This document shows, one piece after another, positions 9,610 through 20,580 of a stretch of DNA of 55,114 nt; positions within the stretch are counted from its first letter, which is position 1; each line of letters opens with the position of its first letter. The position numbers and the translations under genes are program-made. This DNA is from an uncultured Flavobacteriaceae bacterium (GTDB lineage: Bacteria; Bacteroidota; Bacteroidia; Flavobacteriales; Flavobacteriaceae), in NCBI GenBank assembly GCA_965365165.1, contig CBDUAP010000001.1, positions 1-55,114 of the forward strand. The letters run 5' to 3'. The notes under the pieces were generated by a model. The model saw only the letters and a list, made by a program, of their open reading frames with translations, was not told the origin of the DNA and did no database searches.

Positions 9610-9629
9610 AGCAATAGTTGGTTAAATCG

Positions 9630-9637
9630 TATCTTTG
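9630..9637 (+). promoter_or_regulatory. -7 promoter box for kdsA
   Basis: TATCTTTG about 20 nt before ATG 9657. Confidence 0.65.
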
Positions 9638-9656
9638 CCCCAAATTTTTACCACAG

Positions 9657-10475
9657 ATGAATTTAGATCGGATACCCAGAATTAAACACCTTGATCAAAA
9701 CAACTTTTTTCTATTGGCAGGGCCATGTGCCATTGAGGGAGAAGAAATGGCCATGCATATCGCAGAAACAGTATTGAAAATTACTGATAAATTAAAGATT
9801 CCATTTATTTTTAAAGGAAGTTTTAAAAAAGCGAACAGGTCAAGAATTGATAGTTTTACGGGAATAGGTGATGAAAAGGCATTAAAGATTCTGGCCGCAG
9901 TTGGCAGGGAATTTGATATTCCGACGGTAACGGATATCCATGATGAGAAAGATGCAGTAAAAGCCGCTCAATATGTTGATGTACTTCAAATCCCTGCATT
10001 TTTGGTAAGACAAACAGATCTCGTTGTGGCAGCTGCCAAGACAGGCCGAACCATTAATTTGAAAAAGGGGCAGTTCATGAGTCCTGAAGCCATGAAACAT
10101 GCCGTGAAAAAGGTTGAAGATTCAGGGAATGAAAAGGTGTTGATTACAGATAGAGGAACCATGTTTGGCTACCAGGATATGATTGTTGATTTTAGAGGGA
10201 TTCCTGTAATGCAGAAATTTGCTCCAACGATTTTAGACATCACACATTCCTTGCAACAGCCGAATCAGGCCAGCGGTGTGACCGGCGGGAAACCGGAACT
10301 GATAGAAACCATTGCAAGGGCCGGTATTGCTGCTGGAGTAGATGGTATTTTTCTGGAAACACACCACCATCCTGAAATTGCCAAATCTGACGGTGCAAAT
10401 ATGTTGAAACTTGATTACCTGGAAGATTTACTGACCAAATTAGTGGCTATCAGAAAAACCGTCAATCAGTTTTAA
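9657..10475 (+). CDS. kdsA: KDO8P synthase
   Basis: AGPCAIE, KANRSR, QIPAFL.RQTDL, KKGQF, D.THSLQQP, SDG. Confidence 0.96.
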   Translation: MNLDRIPRIKHLDQNNFFLLAGPCAIEGEEMAMHIAETVLKITDKLKIPFIFKGSFKKANRSRIDSFTGIGDEKALKILAAVGREFDIPTVTDIHDEKDAVKAAQYVDVLQIPAFLVRQTDLVVAAAKTGRTINLKKGQFMSPEAMKHAVKKVEDSGNEKVLITDRGTMFGYQDMIVDFRGIPVMQKFAPTILDITHSLQQPNQASGVTGGKPELIETIARAGIAAGVDGIFLETHHHPEIAKSDGANMLKLDYLEDLLTKLVAIRKTVNQF

Positions 10476-11198
10476 TTACCTTCTGAATTCACTTAAAAAG
10501 ACTGCGGCAGCCATGGCAACATTCAAACTCTCGGTCAAGTGTTTTTCTCCAAACTGAGGGATAGTAATTTTTTGAGTCACATAGGCTTCCACGGCTTTTG
10601 AAATGCCATTGGCTTCATTGCCAAGTACAAGCACTGCATCAGATTCCAAGGGGGTGAGATAAACGTTGTCACCATTTAGAAAAGTTCCGTAAACGGTTCT
10701 TTTTTCATTTTTAAGATAGGAAACAGCATCAACATAGGTCACGTTGACCCTGGCCAGAGAGCCCATACTGGCTTGCACAACTTTCTGATTATAACAATCT
10801 GCAGTGTTTTTGGAACAGACCAGCTGATCTACCCCAAACCAGTCACAAAGCCTTATAATCGTCCCCAAATTTCCCGGATCATTGACCTCATCAAGCAGTA
10901 CGGTGAGCCCTTTGTGAACAGGCTCCTTGAATGCGGGAATTTCAAAGATACCAAGGACTTGATTAGGGCTGGAAAAATCACTGATCAATTGAAGTTCCTT
11001 GTCGGTAATTATTTGGTAATCAGTTACATTATATTTATTTAAATAAGCATTTGTAAAAAACAGTTTTCGAACCTTCAGTTTGGATCCCAACAATTCCTCA
11101 ACGACCTTAATTCCTTCGGCGATAAAAAGATTTTCTGACTGGCGAATTTTTTTTTTCTTTAAACCGTGTATTAATTTTACCTGATTTTTGCTTAACAT
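10476..11198 (-). CDS. TrmH/SpoU-family RNA methyltransferase
   Basis: DPGNLGTIIR, GNEANG, ESLNVA SPOUT motifs. Confidence 0.92.
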   Translation of the reverse strand: MLSKNQVKLIHGLKKKKIRQSENLFIAEGIKVVEELLGSKLKVRKLFFTNAYLNKYNVTDYQIITDKELQLISDFSSPNQVLGIFEIPAFKEPVHKGLTVLLDEVNDPGNLGTIIRLCDWFGVDQLVCSKNTADCYNQKVVQASMGSLARVNVTYVDAVSYLKNEKRTVYGTFLNGDNVYLTPLESDAVLVLGNEANGISKAVEAYVTQKITIPQFGEKHLTESLNVAMAAAVFLSEFRR

Positions 11199-11237
11199 TT
11201 AAATAGTGTTACTTTTGAAATAGTTTTAAATTTTTAC

Positions 11238-13754
11238 TTGTTGCATTCAATTTTCACCAAAATACTGTTATGTGTATGGATACTTATACTTTTGGTGTCA
11301 TGCAATAGTATTAAATATGTCCAAGAAAATGAAAATTTGCTCAAAGAAAATAACTTACTGATCAATGGGGAGAAGAATAAGGATGAGGAAATCAATAAAT
11401 ATTTTGCTCAAAAACCTAATCGCCGGACTCTTGGAATGCCCCTTGCGCTATACTTTTATAATTTCGGTGATCCCGATTTTGAAATGACCTTCGACGAGTG
11501 GATCGAAAACAATCAAAAAAAATACCTGAAGTACCAAAATGTTTTCTCTAAAAAACAGACTTTTGCCATTTACAATAATAAAAAGGGAGTGAATAACTGG
11601 TTCCTGCGAAAGGGTGAAGCTCCTGTTATTTATGATGAGACAAGGTCTGAAAGAACATCCAATACACTTAAAGATTATTTTATTTCAAAAGGATTTTTCG
11701 AAGTAGAAGTTGGTTATGAAACCAAAGAGGTCGGCGAAAGAGAACTTTCTGTTGATTATAGCGTTAACACAAATAGCCAGTATTATATCGATTCCATAAC
11801 AACTGAGATCGAATCTCCCGTGCTGGATTCCATTTACTACGCGAATAAGGAAAAGGCGATCCTTAAAAAAGGAAAGCCCTTTGTTTTTGACGATTTTGAA
11901 ATGGAGGAAGCCAGGCTTGTCAAATTGTACAGGAACTCCGGTATCTATCATTTTAAGAATTACAGTATGGGCTTCTGGACAGATTCCATAAAACAGTCTT
12001 ATATGAAAGACGTGCTGCTCAAAATACCGGACAGGGTTGTGAACAGAAATGATTCAGTACTTAAGGTACCTTATAAGGCACAGTCAGTGAACAGGATTAA
12101 TGTATACACTGATTTTTCGATAAAAAACAGAGACAGAGAAGTCAAAGATTCAGCAAGCTACCAAGGGTATAATTTTTACAGTTTCGATAAAATGAAGCAC
12201 AAGCCCAAATACCTGGTGAATTCGCTTTTTATCACGCCAAAAGGATTGTATAAGGATTCAGAAAAATCCCAAACACAGAATTATATCAGAAACCTTCAAA
12301 CATTCTCCTCATCGGTTGACATTTCTTACCAGGAGAATGAAGATGAGTCACTTACAGCTGACGTTTATCTCAGTCCGCTCAAAAAATATGCATTGACCGT
12401 GGATCTCGATGCAACTACCTCAAACATTAAACCTTTTGGAATTCTTGGGAAATTTTCTTTTTTAGGCAGAAATATGTTCAAGGGTTCCGAAATTTTGGAA
12501 CTGTCTTTCCAGGGTTCTTTTTTCAACGTGGCCAATGATGCTTCCAACAGCGACAAATTTTTTAATGCCTGGGAGGTTTTGTCGAGTGCCTCTTTGCGGT
12601 TTCCAAGGATTTTGTTTCCCATTAACACCACTTCTTTGATTCCCAAGTATATGGCCCCAACAACAAATATTGAGGGGAGTGTCAGCTTTCAAAAGAATGT
12701 GGGTCTTGACCGGCAAACCACGACAACAGGAATGGCTTATGCATGGAAAAGCTCTAAGAAAGTAGGGCACAGGGTGGACCTGATCAACTTGCAGTACATC
12801 AAAAATCAAAACATTGATAATTATTTCAATATCTATGATTCTGAATACCAAAAACTGAATGACGTCGCCCAAGACGTCTTCGACCAGGCACTTCCCAATG
12901 ACAATGATGACATTCTCACGTTTATGGATTTTTTCCTCGATCCGGCTAATGGCTATAACCAGACCAATCCAGATGAATATGATACGGTGTCTGACGTAGA
13001 AGAAAGAAGGGATATTCTGATAGAAGATTCATTCGTTCCTGCGATAACCTATTCTTTTATCTATAATACACGGGAAAATGTCAAGGACAATAATTTCTCC
13101 TATTTTACAAGCAGATTCGTTTCTGCAGGTACCTTCACGGACCTTATTTTCAGGAACCAGAATCAAGCAGGTCAAAGAACTCTTTTCGACGTGCCGATTG
13201 CCCAATTTTTTAAAGCCGAATTTGAGTACAAGAAGTATTGGGAGTTGCGTGACAACGCAATTTTGGTGTTCAGGACCTTCTTGGGAGCTGCAATTCCTTA
13301 CGGGAATTCTTCGAATGTGCCTTTCAGCAGGAGTTACAGCGCCGGGGGGAGCAATGAATTGAGGGCCTGGAGAACTTTCGATCTTGGGCCTGGTTCAGAA
13401 ATAAACAACCTGGAATACAAGGTGGCTACTTTCAAATTGGTGAGCAACCTGGAATACAGGTTCAGGCTGACCAATAAAATTTACAGCGCCCTTTTTGTGG
13501 ATGCAGGAAATATTTGGGACATTACCAATTCCAACCTGGTTACTGAGGAAGGAAAATTTACAAGTCTGGGCTCCTTAAAGGATACCGCAGTAGGGTCAGG
13601 ACTGGGAATCAGATATGATTTTGGGTTTTTGGTTTTCAGGTTCGATGTCGGTTTCAAGACCTATGAACCTTATTTGCTATCGAGTAATAAATGGTTTGTG
13701 AATTACAATTTCGGCAATGCCGTTTATAATATAGGTATAAATTATCCATTCTAA
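11238..13754 (+). CDS. tamL: Omp85-family translocation and assembly lipoprotein
   Basis: Lipobox LVSC, GEAPVI, POTRA-like region, GGSNELRAW, C-terminal GINYPF; TTG start. Confidence 0.85.
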   Translation: MLHSIFTKILLCVWILILLVSCNSIKYVQENENLLKENNLLINGEKNKDEEINKYFAQKPNRRTLGMPLALYFYNFGDPDFEMTFDEWIENNQKKYLKYQNVFSKKQTFAIYNNKKGVNNWFLRKGEAPVIYDETRSERTSNTLKDYFISKGFFEVEVGYETKEVGERELSVDYSVNTNSQYYIDSITTEIESPVLDSIYYANKEKAILKKGKPFVFDDFEMEEARLVKLYRNSGIYHFKNYSMGFWTDSIKQSYMKDVLLKIPDRVVNRNDSVLKVPYKAQSVNRINVYTDFSIKNRDREVKDSASYQGYNFYSFDKMKHKPKYLVNSLFITPKGLYKDSEKSQTQNYIRNLQTFSSSVDISYQENEDESLTADVYLSPLKKYALTVDLDATTSNIKPFGILGKFSFLGRNMFKGSEILELSFQGSFFNVANDASNSDKFFNAWEVLSSASLRFPRILFPINTTSLIPKYMAPTTNIEGSVSFQKNVGLDRQTTTTGMAYAWKSSKKVGHRVDLINLQYIKNQNIDNYFNIYDSEYQKLNDVAQDVFDQALPNDNDDILTFMDFFLDPANGYNQTNPDEYDTVSDVEERRDILIEDSFVPAITYSFIYNTRENVKDNNFSYFTSRFVSAGTFTDLIFRNQNQAGQRTLFDVPIAQFFKAEFEYKKYWELRDNAILVFRTFLGAAIPYGNSSNVPFSRSYSAGGSNELRAWRTFDLGPGSEINNLEYKVATFKLVSNLEYRFRLTNKIYSALFVDAGNIWDITNSNLVTEEGKFTSLGSLKDTAVGSGLGIRYDFGFLVFRFDVGFKTYEPYLLSSNKWFVNYNFGNAVYNIGINYPF

Positions 13755-13809
13755 TTACTAGAATTTCGTACTTTTGTCGACTAGTTATATTCAATAAAAC
13801 CAAATAAAA

Positions 13810-14877
13810 ATGTCACAAAAAATTAAATCAGGGGTAGCTACCGGAGATACTGTGCAGCAAATCTTTCAATTAGCGAAAGAGAAGGGTTTTGCACTTCCCG
13901 CAGCCAATGTTATCAGTTCAAGCACAATAAATGCTGTAATTGAAGCCGCTAAGGAGCTTAACGCACCGGTCATTGTTCAATTCTCAAATGGAGGAGCTCA
14001 TTTTAATGCAGGAAAGGGTTTGAGCAATGAGAATCAAAAGGCAGCGATTGCAGGAGCGATTGCAGGAGCCAAGCACGTGCATGTTATGGCTGATGCCTAT
14101 GACGTCCCTGTTATTTTACATACAGATCATTGTGCCAAGAAGTTATTACCCTGGATTGATGGTTTACTTGACGCCGGAGAGGCGTTTTATAAAGAAAATG
14201 GAGTTCCTTTATTCAGTTCACACATGATCGATCTTTCTGAAGAGCCGATAGAAGAGAACATAGAAATCTGTAAGGGATATCTTGAGCGAATGGATAAATT
14301 GGGAATGACCCTGGAAATTGAATTGGGGATTACAGGAGGAGAAGAAGACGGTGTTGACAATACAGACGTTGATGTTTCCAAATTATACACACAGCCTGAG
14401 GAAGTTGCTTATGCTTATGAAGAGTTGCTCAAAGTAAGCCCTCGTTTTACAATTGCAGCGTCATTTGGTAATGTTCACGGAGTGTACAAGCCCGGAAACG
14501 TAAAACTGACACCTAAAATCCTTGACAACTCACAGAAATATATTGAAGAAAAGTACGGTACTGAAAAGAATCCTGTTGATTTTGTATTTCATGGCGGATC
14601 AGGATCTTCTTTAGAAGAGATCAGGGAAGCCATTGGATACGGGGTGATTAAAATGAATATCGATACAGATCTTCAATACGCCTACATGGCAGGAGTTAGA
14701 GATTATATGGTAGAGAAAAAAGATTACTTGCAGGGTCAGATCGGGAATCCTGACGGTAGTGATGCACCGAACAAGAAACATTATGATCCAAGGGTTTGGG
14801 TGAGATCAGCAGAATTGTCTTTCAAAGCAAGGATCAAGCAAGCTTTTGAGGATCTGAATAATATTGATACGCTGTAA
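13810..14877 (+). CDS. fbaA: Class II fructose-bisphosphate aldolase
   Basis: HTDHC, SSHMIDLSEE, GNVHGVYKPG, FHGGSGS, KMNIDTD; TACTTTTG box at 13769-13776. Confidence 0.97.
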   Translation: MSQKIKSGVATGDTVQQIFQLAKEKGFALPAANVISSSTINAVIEAAKELNAPVIVQFSNGGAHFNAGKGLSNENQKAAIAGAIAGAKHVHVMADAYDVPVILHTDHCAKKLLPWIDGLLDAGEAFYKENGVPLFSSHMIDLSEEPIEENIEICKGYLERMDKLGMTLEIELGITGGEEDGVDNTDVDVSKLYTQPEEVAYAYEELLKVSPRFTIAASFGNVHGVYKPGNVKLTPKILDNSQKYIEEKYGTEKNPVDFVFHGGSGSSLEEIREAIGYGVIKMNIDTDLQYAYMAGVRDYMVEKKDYLQGQIGNPDGSDAPNKKHYDPRVWVRSAELSFKARIKQAFEDLNNIDTL

Positions 14878-14894
14878 AAGAAGACTTACAGAAT

Positions 14895-14930
14895 TGGAGT
14901 ACCGTTTATACCGGTACTCCATTTTTTTTT
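14895..14930 (+). terminator. Intrinsic terminator after fbaA
   Basis: TGGAGTACCG/CGGTACTCCA stem plus T9. Confidence 0.85.
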
Positions 14931-14999
14931 CTAACTTGCCAGTTATAGATAAGTTTTTAATATTTGTGCACGAAATGTGACAAGCTAAAATGAGCATAT

Positions 15000-15866
15000 A
15001 TGAGTTCATGGTTTAAAAGAAAACACAAGGGCATCCAGACGCCAACAGATGAGAAAAAGGACACGCCTAAAGGCTTGTGGTATAAAACACCCAGCGGTAA
15101 GATTATTGACTCGGATGATTTGAAGGCTCATTTGTATGTGAGCCCTGAAGACGGATACCACGTGAGAATAGGAAGTGCAGAATATTTTGAAATCCTTTTT
15201 GACGATAATAAGTTCAAAGAGCTTGATGCAAAATTAACGGCAAGGGATCCGCTTAAGTTTGTTGACACCAAGAAATATACAGACAGGATCAAAGAAGCTC
15301 AGCAAAAGACCAATCTACAGGATGCCGTAAGGACTGCGGTTGGGAAATCCTTAGGAAAGGATTTGGTTATTGCAGCAATGGATTTTAGTTTTATCGGGGG
15401 TTCCATGGGGAGCGTTGTTGGTGAAAAGATTGCAAGGGCCATTGAATATGCCATCAAAAAGAAGACACCTTTTTTAATGATATCAAAATCAGGAGGTGCA
15501 AGAATGCAGGAGGCTTCGTATTCGCTGATGCAATTGGTAAAAACTTCTGTGAAACTGGCTCAGTTGGCAGAAGCCGGAATTCCATACATATCCTTATGTA
15601 CGGACCCCACTACAGGAGGTACAACGGCCTCTTACGCCATGCTGGGAGACATCAATATAGCTGAACCAAATGCTTTGATCGCATTTGCAGGCCCAAGAGT
15701 TGTTAAGGATACCACAGGAAAGGATCTTCCTGAAGGCTTTCAACGGTCTGAATTCCTTTTGGAACATGGCTTTCTGGATAAAATTGTAGACAGGAAAAAT
15801 CTAAAAGAACAGATCAACCTTTACCTTGATTTGATACAGAACAATCCGATTCGCAAACCTGAGTAA
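15000..15866 (+). CDS. accD: Acetyl-CoA carboxylase carboxyltransferase beta subunit
   Basis: [39 protein letters not shown]. Confidence 0.97.
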   Translation: MSSWFKRKHKGIQTPTDEKKDTPKGLWYKTPSGKIIDSDDLKAHLYVSPEDGYHVRIGSAEYFEILFDDNKFKELDAKLTARDPLKFVDTKKYTDRIKEAQQKTNLQDAVRTAVGKSLGKDLVIAAMDFSFIGGSMGSVVGEKIARAIEYAIKKKTPFLMISKSGGARMQEASYSLMQLVKTSVKLAQLAEAGIPYISLCTDPTTGGTTASYAMLGDINIAEPNALIAFAGPRVVKDTTGKDLPEGFQRSEFLLEHGFLDKIVDRKNLKEQINLYLDLIQNNPIRKPE

Positions 15867-16032
15867 AGTTGTAATTTTGATTGGCATATTGTAAATATCA
15901 ATGGCTTACCCTTAACAGTGCATTAAATCTTTTTAATTTAGATTTCATCGCTCCTGATCATTAAAATAATCCGGTGAATTTCATTCTTTGATAAGAGTTT
16001 AGATAAATTATTGTCAATCAAAATAATAATGG

Positions 16033-16040
16033 TATCTTTG
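16033..16040 (+). promoter_or_regulatory. -7 promoter box for rpsO
   Basis: TATCTTTG about 55 nt upstream of rpsO. Confidence 0.65.
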
Positions 16041-16094
16041 CCGCCTAATAAAATATTAGTACATAAAAATTATTAATTCAAATTTAATGTTAGC

Positions 16095-16364
16095 ATGTAT
16101 TTAAGTACAGAAAAAAAACAGGAGATTTTCAAAAAACATGGAAAATCTGCAACAGACACAGGTTCTTCTGAAGGACAAATTGCCTTATTTACTTACAGAA
16201 TCAACCATCTTACAGCTCACTTGAAGAATAATCGCAAAGATTTTAATACCCAGAGGGCTTTGGTGAAACTAGTAGGTAAACGTAGAGATTTATTAAACTA
16301 TTTAATTAAAACGGATATCACGAGATATCGTGCGATAGTTAAAGAATTAGGTTTAAGAAAATAA
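16095..16364 (+). CDS. rpsO: 30S ribosomal protein S15
   Basis: DTGSSEGQIA, HLK, LVGKRRDLLNYL, LGLRK. Confidence 0.98.
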   Translation: MYLSTEKKQEIFKKHGKSATDTGSSEGQIALFTYRINHLTAHLKNNRKDFNTQRALVKLVGKRRDLLNYLIKTDITRYRAIVKELGLRK

Positions 16365-16370
16365 AATATG

Positions 16371-16394
16371 AGAGAGGCGTTATGCCTCTCTTTT
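16371..16394 (+). terminator. Terminator-like hairpin after rpsO
   Basis: AGAGAGGC/GCCTCTCT stem plus short T run. Confidence 0.75.
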
Positions 16395-16613
16395 AGTTTA
16401 TAAGTTTTGTTATAAAACTAGGATTTAGAATAAAAGTTATTTAAATTCGTTCAAAATCCGAACTACCTGTTTTTAAATTTAAAAAAACAGCAGAACTAAA
16501 GTAATTCATTGGCAAACTATACTCTTGAAAACAAGGGTTCAACAACACAACTACAAGTTTAACCATGAATTAATTTATTTACTTTGTCATGAAGTAAAGT
16601 CTAAAGAAAAATT

Positions 16614-18833
16614 ATGATACCAAAAGTTTTTAAAGAGGTCATTGACCTCGGTGATGGAAGAGAAATTTCCATTGAAACCGGAAAGTTGGCCAAGCAGGCG
16701 CACGGTTCGGTAGTAGTACAAATGGGTAACGCGATGTTGCTTTGTACTGTAGTTTCAAACTATGATCCCAGTCCGGTAGACTTTTTACCGCTTACTGTTG
16801 ATTACAGAGAAAAATTTGCAGCCTCAGGGAGATATCCTGGTGGCTTTTTTAAGAGAGAGGCCAGACCAAGTGACGGAGAAATCCTTACGATGCGTTTAGT
16901 GGACCGTGTATTACGTCCGCTTTTCCCAAAAGATTATCATGCTGAAACTCAGGTGATGATACAGTTGATGTCTCATGACGATCAAGTAATGCCGGAAGCC
17001 CTGGCCGGTTTGGCTGCATCTGCAGCAATTCAGTTGAGTGATTTTCCATTTGAATGCCCGATTTCTGAAGCGAGAGTCGCCAGGGTAGACGGGGAGTTCA
17101 TTATCAACCCGAGCAGAGCACAACTGGAACAATCTGATATCGACATGATGATAGGAGCTTCAGCTGATTCAGTGATGATGGTTGAAGGAGAAATGGATGA
17201 GATTTCAGAAGAAGAAATGGCTGATGCCATTAAATTTGCACATGATGCCATTAAAGTTCAGATAGAGGCTCAGGTGCGATTGGCAGAAGCTTTTGGCAAA
17301 AAAGAAACCCGTGAATATGAAGGGGCTGAAGAAAATGAAGAACTGGCAAAAAGAATTCATGATGCCGTTTATGATAAGTGTTATGCCATTGCTAAAAAAG
17401 GAACCTCAAAAAATGAACGTTCAGATCAATTCAGTGAATTGAAGGAGGAACTGATTGCGACTTTTTCAGAGGAAGAAATGGAAGAATTTGGTCATTTGAT
17501 CGGCGGATACTTCAGCAAGGCCCAGAAGGAAGCGGTTAGAGAACTGACACTGGCAGAAGGCTTACGACTGGATGGACGTAAAACTGATGAAATAAGACCA
17601 ATATGGAGTGAGGTAGATTATTTACCATCTACGCATGGTTCATCAATTTTTACCCGTGGAGAAACTCAGGCTTTGGCAACAGTGACTCTGGGAACTTCAA
17701 GAGATGCAAATAAAATAGACATGCCTTCCTATGAAGGAGAAGAAAGTTTCTATTTACACTATAACTTCCCTCCGTTTTGTACGGGAGAAGCAAGACCTTT
17801 GAGAGGAACTTCTCGTAGGGAAGTGGGTCATGGTAATTTGGCTCAGCGTGGATTAAAAGGAATGATCCCTAAAGATTGTCCTTATACTGTCAGAATTGTT
17901 TCTGAAGTGTTGGAATCTAACGGTTCTTCGTCCATGGCAACTGTTTGTGCAGGTACCATGGCCTTGATGGATGCCGGGGTTCAAATGATACGTCCCGTTT
18001 CAGGGATTGCCATGGGATTGATTTCTGATGGTGATCGTTATGCTGTATTGTCTGATATTCTGGGTGACGAAGACCATTTGGGAGACATGGACTTTAAAGT
18101 GACCGGAACTACCGAAGGAATCACTGCATGTCAGATGGATATTAAAATTAAAGGATTGTCCTATGAAATTTTGGTGAATGCACTAAAACAGGCCAGAGAA
18201 GGACGTTTGCATATTTTAGGAAAGATTAATGAAACGATTAGTGAACCAAATGCAGATGTGAAACCTCACTCTCCAAAAATGGTGACCAGAGTTATTCCTA
18301 ATGAATTCATTGGTGCGTTGATCGGACCTGGAGGTAAAGTGATTCAGGAATTGCAGAAAGCAACCGGTTGTACCATTGTAATTAATGAAGATCCTGTAAC
18401 CGAGGAAGGAATTGTTGAAATTTTAGGAACAGATCAGCAAGGAATAGATGCCGTAATTGCTAAAATCGATTCTTTGATGTTCAAACCTGAAAAAGGAAAT
18501 GTTTATGAAGTACAAGTCATTAAAATATTAGATTTTGGTGCTGTGGTTGAATATACTGAGGCTCCTGGTAACGAAGTATTACTTCACGTAAGTGAGTTGG
18601 CCTGGGAGCGTACTGAAAATGTTACTGATGTTGTTAATATGGGTGACGTATTCGAGGTGAAGTATTTTGGATTAGACCCTAGAACCCGTAAGGAAAAAGT
18701 ATCTCGTAAGGCTATTTTGCCAAAGCCTGAAGGCTTTGTTGAAAGACCTCCAAGAGAGAATAATGACAGAAGAGGAAGAGACAATCGAGGTGGAAACCGA
18801 GACAAACGCAGAGATGACAGAAGAAGAGATTAA
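16614..18833 (+). CDS. pnp: Polynucleotide phosphorylase
   Basis: Two RNase PH domains ([31 protein letters not shown]), KH (IGPGGK) and S1 domains. Confidence 0.98.
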   Translation: MIPKVFKEVIDLGDGREISIETGKLAKQAHGSVVVQMGNAMLLCTVVSNYDPSPVDFLPLTVDYREKFAASGRYPGGFFKREARPSDGEILTMRLVDRVLRPLFPKDYHAETQVMIQLMSHDDQVMPEALAGLAASAAIQLSDFPFECPISEARVARVDGEFIINPSRAQLEQSDIDMMIGASADSVMMVEGEMDEISEEEMADAIKFAHDAIKVQIEAQVRLAEAFGKKETREYEGAEENEELAKRIHDAVYDKCYAIAKKGTSKNERSDQFSELKEELIATFSEEEMEEFGHLIGGYFSKAQKEAVRELTLAEGLRLDGRKTDEIRPIWSEVDYLPSTHGSSIFTRGETQALATVTLGTSRDANKIDMPSYEGEESFYLHYNFPPFCTGEARPLRGTSRREVGHGNLAQRGLKGMIPKDCPYTVRIVSEVLESNGSSSMATVCAGTMALMDAGVQMIRPVSGIAMGLISDGDRYAVLSDILGDEDHLGDMDFKVTGTTEGITACQMDIKIKGLSYEILVNALKQAREGRLHILGKINETISEPNADVKPHSPKMVTRVIPNEFIGALIGPGGKVIQELQKATGCTIVINEDPVTEEGIVEILGTDQQGIDAVIAKIDSLMFKPEKGNVYEVQVIKILDFGAVVEYTEAPGNEVLLHVSELAWERTENVTDVVNMGDVFEVKYFGLDPRTRKEKVSRKAILPKPEGFVERPPRENNDRRGRDNRGGNRDKRRDDRRRD

Positions 18834-18855
18834 TGATAATCTTTCCTCATGATTT

Positions 18856-18890
18856 AAAACCTCAAAATTAATTTTTTGAGGTTTTTTTTT
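18856..18890 (+). terminator. Intrinsic terminator after pnp
   Basis: AAAACCTCAAAA/TTTTGAGGTTTT stem plus T run; the right arm is tandemly duplicated with a 13-nt period. Confidence 0.8.
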
Positions 18891-18970
18891 GAGGTTTTGT
18901 AACATTTAATGTAAATCTTACGTATAATAGTATACACAACAGAACGTAAAACTAAAATCCCAAATTTTTA

Positions 18971-19834
18971 ATGAGACAACTAAAAATAACGAAGCAGGTA
19001 ACCAATAGAGAAACTGCTTCATTAGACAAGTATTTGCAAGAAATAGGTAAGGTTGATTTGATTACGGCTGAAATGGAGGTTGAGTTAGCGCAAAGAATCA
19101 AGGCAGGAGATCAGATAGCATTGGAAAAATTAACCAAGGCAAATTTAAGATTCGTTGTTTCTGTGGCTAAACAATACCAAAATCAGGGGCTTACTTTACC
19201 CGATTTGATCAATGAAGGAAATCTTGGATTGATAAAAGCTGCCAAAAGATTTGATGAAACGAGAGGATTTAAGTTTATCTCTTATGCAGTATGGTGGATC
19301 AGGCAATCGATTTTGCAAGCCTTGGCTGAGCAATCCAGAATTGTGCGATTGCCCTTAAATAAAATTGGTTCTATTAATAAGATCAATAAGACCTTTGCAA
19401 GGCTGGAACAGGAAAATGAAAGACCTCCGTCTGCTGAGGAAATAGCGAAGGAACTTGATATGACAGTCAGTGATGTAAAGGAATCAATGAAAAATTCAGG
19501 TCGTCACGTATCGATGGATGCTCCTTTGATCGAAGGGGAAGATTCCAATTTATATGATGTACTGAATTCAGGAGAATCACCAAACCCGGACAAGAGTTTA
19601 CTGCATGAGTCACTTAAGGTGGAAATTTTAAGAGCACTTGAGACGCTGACACCTCGTGAAGCTGATGTAGTGAAACTGTATTTTGGACTTGGAGATGCAC
19701 ATCCGATGACTTTGGAAGAAATTGGAGAAACTTTTGACCTTACTCGTGAAAGGGTAAGACAAATCAAAGAAAAAGCCATCAGGAGGTTGAAGCATACTTC
19801 AAGGAGTAAAATCCTTAGAACCTATCTGGGTTAA
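18971..19834 (+). CDS. rpoD: Primary sigma70 factor, Bacteroidota type lacking region 1.1
   Basis: [14 protein letters not shown] start, [33 protein letters not shown]; only 287 aa. Confidence 0.93.
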   Translation: MRQLKITKQVTNRETASLDKYLQEIGKVDLITAEMEVELAQRIKAGDQIALEKLTKANLRFVVSVAKQYQNQGLTLPDLINEGNLGLIKAAKRFDETRGFKFISYAVWWIRQSILQALAEQSRIVRLPLNKIGSINKINKTFARLEQENERPPSAEEIAKELDMTVSDVKESMKNSGRHVSMDAPLIEGEDSNLYDVLNSGESPNPDKSLLHESLKVEILRALETLTPREADVVKLYFGLGDAHPMTLEEIGETFDLTRERVRQIKEKAIRRLKHTSRSKILRTYLG

Positions 19835-19854
19835 TTTACTTGGACAAATTAGAG

Positions 19855-19888
19855 AATAAAAGCCTGCCTTAATACGCAGGCTTTTATT
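19855..19888 (+). terminator. Intrinsic terminator after rpoD
   Basis: AATAAAAGCCTGC/GCAGGCTTTTATT 13-bp stem followed by Ts. Confidence 0.85.
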
Positions 19889-19918
19889 TTTTGTGTTAGT
19901 TTTGTAAAAAAATACAAC

Positions 19919-20575
19919 ATGTCACACCTTATAGCACCTTCTATCCTGGCAGCTGATTTTGCCAACTTGCAACGAGATATTGAAATGATCAATGCCAGCG
20001 AGGCAGACTGGTTCCATATTGACGTGATGGACGGGGTTTTTGTTCCGAATATATCTTTTGGAATGCCCGTTATCGCAGCCATTAAAAAGCACGCTGAAAA
20101 ACTTATGGATGTACACCTGATGATCGTCGATCCAGACAGATTCATCAAAGATTTCAAGAAAGTAGGTGCTGACCTGCTGACAGTCCATTATGAGGCTTGC
20201 AAACATCTGCACAGGACCGTCCAGGCCATAAAGCAGGAAGGAATGCAAGCAGGGGTTTCCTTGAACCCTCATACGCCTGTATCAGTGCTTGAAGACATTA
20301 TAAAAGACCTTGATCTTGTACTGATTATGAGTGTCAACCCGGGTTTCGGGGGGCAGAGTTTCATTGAAAACACCTATAAGAAAATAGGGCAGTTGAAAGA
20401 AATGATTGAAAAGTCAGGTTCAAATGCCGTGATTCAAATTGACGGAGGGGTCAATGATAAAAATGCAGAAAAGCTCGTTGCGACCGGTGCCAATGTGCTT
20501 GTTGCCGGAAGTTTTGTTTTTAAAAGTGAGCAGCCCTCCACTACGATTCATGATCTTAAACATTTAAAATACTAA
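19919..20575 (+). CDS. rpe: Ribulose-phosphate 3-epimerase
   Basis: IAPSILAADF, HIDVMDG, DVHLM, MSVNPGFGGQ, IDGG; TAGTTTTG box at 19897-19904. Confidence 0.97.
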   Translation: MSHLIAPSILAADFANLQRDIEMINASEADWFHIDVMDGVFVPNISFGMPVIAAIKKHAEKLMDVHLMIVDPDRFIKDFKKVGADLLTVHYEACKHLHRTVQAIKQEGMQAGVSLNPHTPVSVLEDIIKDLDLVLIMSVNPGFGGQSFIENTYKKIGQLKEMIEKSGSNAVIQIDGGVNDKNAEKLVATGANVLVAGSFVFKSEQPSTTIHDLKHLKY

Positions 20576-20580
20576 CAGGT

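Noticed and set aside
12365-12872. Minus-strand ORFs within tamL, and similar 60-135 aa ORFs inside pnp, hutU, GH92 and GH3
   Set aside because: Fully nested in well-supported genes with no family motifs; expected shadow ORFs.
16089-16100. GTT-N7-AT match at the rpsO start
   Set aside because: No CC prefix, no paired left end, and it overlaps the CDS. A chance hit showing that the short motif alone is not diagnostic.
18760-18833. Purine-rich repeats at the end of pnp
   Set aside because: Encode a low-complexity Arg/Asp tail after the S1 domain; not a DNA element.
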